Origin: Escherichia coli
Lineage (GTDB): Bacteria > Pseudomonadota > Gammaproteobacteria > Enterobacterales > Enterobacteriaceae
Reading direction: 5' to 3' (one strand)
Assembly (NCBI RefSeq): GCF_016026235.1
Contig: NZ_CP065613.1
DNA: 64,000 nucleotides
Notes under the pieces: generated by a model
What the model was told of the DNA's origin: nothing
What the model saw: the letters and a program-made list of their open reading frames with translations, nothing else
The model's database searches: none
Program-made: the position numbers and the translations under genes
Shown: piece by piece, positions 59,155 through 64,000 of the stretch
How the letters are laid out: every line of letters starts with the position of its first letter
How positions within the stretch are numbered: position 1 is the first letter of the stretch

Positions 59155-60087
59155 TTAATCTCCTTTCAGGCAGCTCGCATACTGGTTGGCTAATTGACTC
59201 AGGAATTCTGAATAGCTTGTTTTACCCAGTTTGATATTCGTCCCCAGGGGATCCAACGTTCCCATACGAACGGATGTCCCTCGTGCGACGCTCTCAACGA
59301 CCGCTGGCCTGAACTGTGGCTCAGCAAAAACGCAGGTTGCTTTTTGCTCAACCAACTGTGTTCTTATTTCATGTAAACGCTGCGCGCCAGGTTGAATCTC
59401 AGGGTTAACGGTAAAATGACCAAGCGGTGTCAGTCCGAACTGTTTTTCGAAATAGCCGTAAGCATCGTGAAAAACGTAATAACCTTTCCCCTTGAGCGGC
59501 GCGAGCTCGTTACCAACCTGCGTTTCGGTTGAGGCTAATTGTGCCTCAAAATCCTTCAGGTTGGCGTCAAGTTTGGCTCGACTTTGCGGCATAAGTTCCA
59601 CTAATTTTCCATGGATTGCAACCGCTGTAGCCCGCGCTATCTCTGGGGAAAGCCAAAGATGCATGTTGAAATCGCCGTGATGGTGATCTTCGTCACTTTT
59701 TTCCGCGTGGTCGTGATCATCATCATCGCTGTGAATACTTTTCATAAGTAGCGGTTTCACATCTTCAAGCTGCGCAATCGTTACCTGCTTCGCTTCTGGT
59801 AATTTGCTTACCGGTTTTTGCATAAACGCTTCCATCTCCGGGCCAACCCAAACGACTAAGTCCGCGTTCTGTAAGCGTTTTACATCCGATGGACGCAGTG
59901 AATAATCATGTTCTGAAGCGCCGTCAGGAAGTAAAACCTCCGTTTCTGTTACCCCATCAGCAATGGCAGAAGCGATGAACCCAACGGGTTTAAGCGAAGC
60001 GACAACGGCGGCATCTGCGGCCTGTGTTGCACCTCCCCAGAGAGCGGCGGATAATGCTGCGAAAAGAAGCGTTTTTTTATGTAACAT
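59155..60087 (-). CDS. znuA: zinc ABC transporter periplasmic binding protein
   Basis: Recognised as ZnuA with His/Asp-rich loop; start taken at [19 protein letters not shown] inside the 352-aa track ORF. Confidence 0.9.
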
Positions 60088-60116
60088 AATGCGACCAATC
60101 ATCGTAATGAATATGA

Positions 60117-60139
60117 GAAGTGTGATATTATAACATTTC
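60117..60139. promoter_or_regulatory. Zur operator in the divergent znuA / znuCB promoter region
   Basis: Palindrome GAAGTGTGATATTATAACATTTC between divergent znuA and znuC. Confidence 0.7.
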
Positions 60140-60165
60140 ATGACTACTGCAAGACTAAAATTAAC

Positions 60166-60921
60166 ATGACAAGTCTGGTTTCCCTGGAAAATGTCTCGGT
60201 TTCTTTTGGCCAACGCCGCGTCCTCTCTGATGTGTCGCTGGAACTTAAACCTGGAAAAATTTTGACTTTACTTGGGCCAAATGGCGCAGGTAAGTCGACA
60301 CTGGTACGGGTAGTGCTCGGGCTGGTAACACCCGATGAAGGGGTTATCAAGCGCAACGGAAAACTGCGCATCGGCTATGTACCGCAGAAGCTGTATCTCG
60401 ACACCACGTTGCCACTGACCGTAAACCGTTTTTTACGCTTACGCCCTGGTACACATAAAGAAGATATTTTGCCTGCACTGAAACGTGTCCAGGCCGGGCA
60501 CCTGATTAACGCACCGATGCAAAAGCTCTCGGGTGGCGAAACGCAGCGTGTACTGTTAGCGCGAGCATTGTTAAATCGCCCGCAATTATTAGTGCTGGAT
60601 GAACCCACTCAAGGCGTGGATGTAAATGGCCAGGTGGCGTTATATGACCTTATTGACCAACTGCGTCGTGAACTGGATTGTGGCGTTTTAATGGTTTCTC
60701 ACGATCTGCATCTGGTGATGGCAAAAACCGATGAAGTGCTGTGCCTGAATCACCACATTTGTTGTTCCGGCACACCGGAAGTTGTTTCCCTGCATCCGGA
60801 GTTTATTTCAATGTTTGGTCCTCGTGGTGCTGAACAACTGGGTATCTATCGCCATCATCATAATCATCGTCACGATTTACAGGGACGAATTGTTTTGCGT
60901 CGGGGAAATGATCGCTCATGA
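60166..60921 (+). CDS. znuC: zinc ABC transporter ATP-binding protein
   Basis: 251-aa ORF with Walker [10 protein letters not shown] and His-rich C-terminus. Confidence 0.9.
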
Positions 60922-61703
60922 TTGAATTATTATTTCCCGGTTGGTTAGCCGGGATCATGCTCGCCTGTGCCGCGGGTCCGCTGGGTTCGTTTGTAGTCTG
61001 GCGTCGTATGTCTTATTTCGGTGATACGCTGGCTCATGCCTCATTACTTGGTGTCGCGTTTGGTTTGTTGCTGGACGTGAATCCATTCTATGCGGTAATT
61101 GCCGTTACGCTGCTGCTGGCGGGCGGTCTGGTATGGCTGGAGAAGCGTCCACAGCTGGCGCTCGACACATTATTAGGGATTATGGCGCACAGTGCCCTGT
61201 CGCTGGGCCTGGTGGTCGTTAGTCTGATGTCTAACATTCGTGTTGATTTGATGGCTTACCTGTTCGGTGATTTACTGGCAGTGACGCCAGAAGATCTCAT
61301 CTCTATTGCGATTGGCGTGGTCATCGTGGTGGCTATTTTGTTCTGGCAATGGCGCAATTTGCTGTCGATGACGATTAGCCCGGATCTGGCGTTTGTTGAT
61401 GGTGTGAAATTACAGCGAGTGAAATTGTTGTTGATGCTGGTGACGGCATTGACGATTGGTGTAGCGATGAAATTTGTCGGTGCGTTGATTATTACTTCGT
61501 TGCTGATTATTCCTGCAGCTACTGCGCGTCGCTTTGCCCGTACGCCGGAACAGATGGCTGGTGTCGCTGTTTTGGTGGGGATGGTGGCAGTAACTGGCGG
61601 TTTAACCTTTTCCGCGTTTTACGATACGCCGGCGGGTCCGTCGGTGGTGCTATGTGCGGCACTGTTATTTATTATCAGTATGATGAAAAAGCAGGCCAGC
61701 TAA
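60918..61703 (+). CDS. znuB: zinc ABC transporter permease
   Basis: 261-aa hydrophobic ORF overlapping znuC stop. Confidence 0.9.
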
Positions 61704-61722
61704 TCTGTCGCTGAACACATTT

Positions 61723-62865
<1,143 letters not shown>

Positions 62866-62870
62866 TTACC

Positions 62871-63482
62871 TCATAACGCGGCGCGTAGGGCTTCGCGAAT
62901 TAATGTTTCACTGCTGGCGTCAGGGCGAGCGATTTTGCTCACCATGCGGCTTGCTTCTTGTGGTTTATAGCCCAGCGCCACCAGCGCGGCAACCGCTTCT
63001 TGTTCAGCATCGTCGGTCGCCGGGCTGGCAGGAGACGTGAGTACCAGGTCGGCGGCTGGCGTAAAGAGATCGCCATGCAAACCTTTAAATCGGTCTTTCA
63101 TTTCCACAATCAAGCGTTCGGCGGTTTTTTTGCCAATACCCGGCAGTTTCACCAGTGCCCCCACTTCTTCACGCTCAACGGCATTAACGAACTGCTGCGC
63201 TGACATTCCGGAGAGGATCGCCAGCGCCAACTTCGGGCCGACGCCGTTGGTTTTGATCAACTCTTTGAACAATGTGCGCTCTTGTTTATTGTTAAAACCG
63301 TACAGCAGTTGCGCGTCTTCACGCACCACAAAGTGGGTGAAAACGATCGCTTCCTGACCCGCTTCAGGGAGTTCATAAAAACAGGTCATCGGCATATGCA
63401 CTTCATAGCCTACGCCGCCCACTTCAATTAACACCAGCGGGGGTTGTTTTTCAATGATGATGCCTCTGAGTCTGCCTATCAC
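62871..63482 (-). CDS. ruvA: Holliday junction DNA helicase subunit RuvA
   Basis: 203-aa ORF recognised as RuvA. Confidence 0.95.
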   Translation of the reverse strand: MIGRLRGIIIEKQPPLVLIEVGGVGYEVHMPMTCFYELPEAGQEAIVFTHFVVREDAQLLYGFNNKQERTLFKELIKTNGVGPKLALAILSGMSAQQFVNAVEREEVGALVKLPGIGKKTAERLIVEMKDRFKGLHGDLFTPAADLVLTSPASPATDDAEQEAVAALVALGYKPQEASRMVSKIARPDASSETLIREALRAAL

Positions 63483-63531
63483 ATGACGCTCCTGCGTAAT
63501 GAATCAAAGATAATGCTGTATGATAAAAAAA

Positions 63532-63551
63532 TGCTGGATAGATATCCAGCG
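63532..63551. promoter_or_regulatory. LexA box upstream of ruvAB
   Basis: tgCTGgatagatatcCAGcg fits CTG-N10-CAG about 50 bp upstream of ruvA. Confidence 0.65.
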
Positions 63552-63756
63552 AAGGATGAAGAAAACTTGCGAGGTGTCTCGATGAACTGAAAAATGGCAC
63601 AGTATAATTTATTCTACAGGTTATATTGGAAGCAAATATTTTAATATTACATATTCAGTGAAGAAATGCGTAATAAAAATATACATTGCGCCTCCTGAAA
63701 AAATAAATTTTTTATGCTATTACGTATATTCGTATCTATTTCAATGGAATGACAAC

Positions 63757-64000
63757 GTGAATATTAATTACCCTGCTGAATATGAAATTGGAGATATCGT
63801 CTTTACATGTATAGGTGCTGCCTTATTTGGTCAAATATCAGCTGCATCAAATTGCTGGAGTAATCACGTCGGGATCATTATCGGTCATAACGGTGAAGAC
63901 TTCCTGGTTGCAGAAAGCCGGGTTCCCCTTTCAACCATCACCACGCTATCTCGTTTTATTAAACGTTCGTCTAATCAACGCTATGCTATAAAGCGATTAG
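63757..64000 (+). CDS. yebB: DUF830 protein YebB, N-terminal part; 3' end lies beyond window
   Basis: Open frame from GTG at 63757 to window end, translating [49 protein letters not shown]...; not in the track because no stop is reached. Confidence 0.6.
   Translation, partial: MNINYPAEYEIGDIVFTCIGAALFGQISAASNCWSNHVGIIIGHNGEDFLVAESRVPLSTITTLSRFIKRSSNQRYAIKRL

Overview
This window is a largely collinear stretch of Escherichia coli-type core chromosome (yeaW to yebB; E. coli K-12 nomenclature used), about 60 conserved genes identified by recognising their translated products from the ORF track. No tools were run; all comparisons to K-12 are from memory. The only accessory content I can support is three insertion sequences: two IS1 copies in direct orientation 30.9 kb apart (9059..9826 and 40000..40767) and one IS110-family element between yoaD/pdeD and yoaE (about 15330..16825). 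I did not find a multi-gene novel system (no defence island, CRISPR array, prophage or toxin-antitoxin cluster). The observations most worth a second look are: (1) the IS110-family element, whose long structured 3' non-coding end is a candidate bridge/seek-RNA region; (2) IS1 copy B sitting inside the sdsR/ryeA small-RNA locus with an atypically long 16-bp flanking direct repeat; (3) IS1 copy A with no target-site duplication and no yoaC-like ORF beside it; (4) a continuous 381-codon ORF joining yebZ to yebY. Feature coordinates for CDSs use the most likely start where I recognised the protein N-terminus; IS110 element boundaries are approximate.
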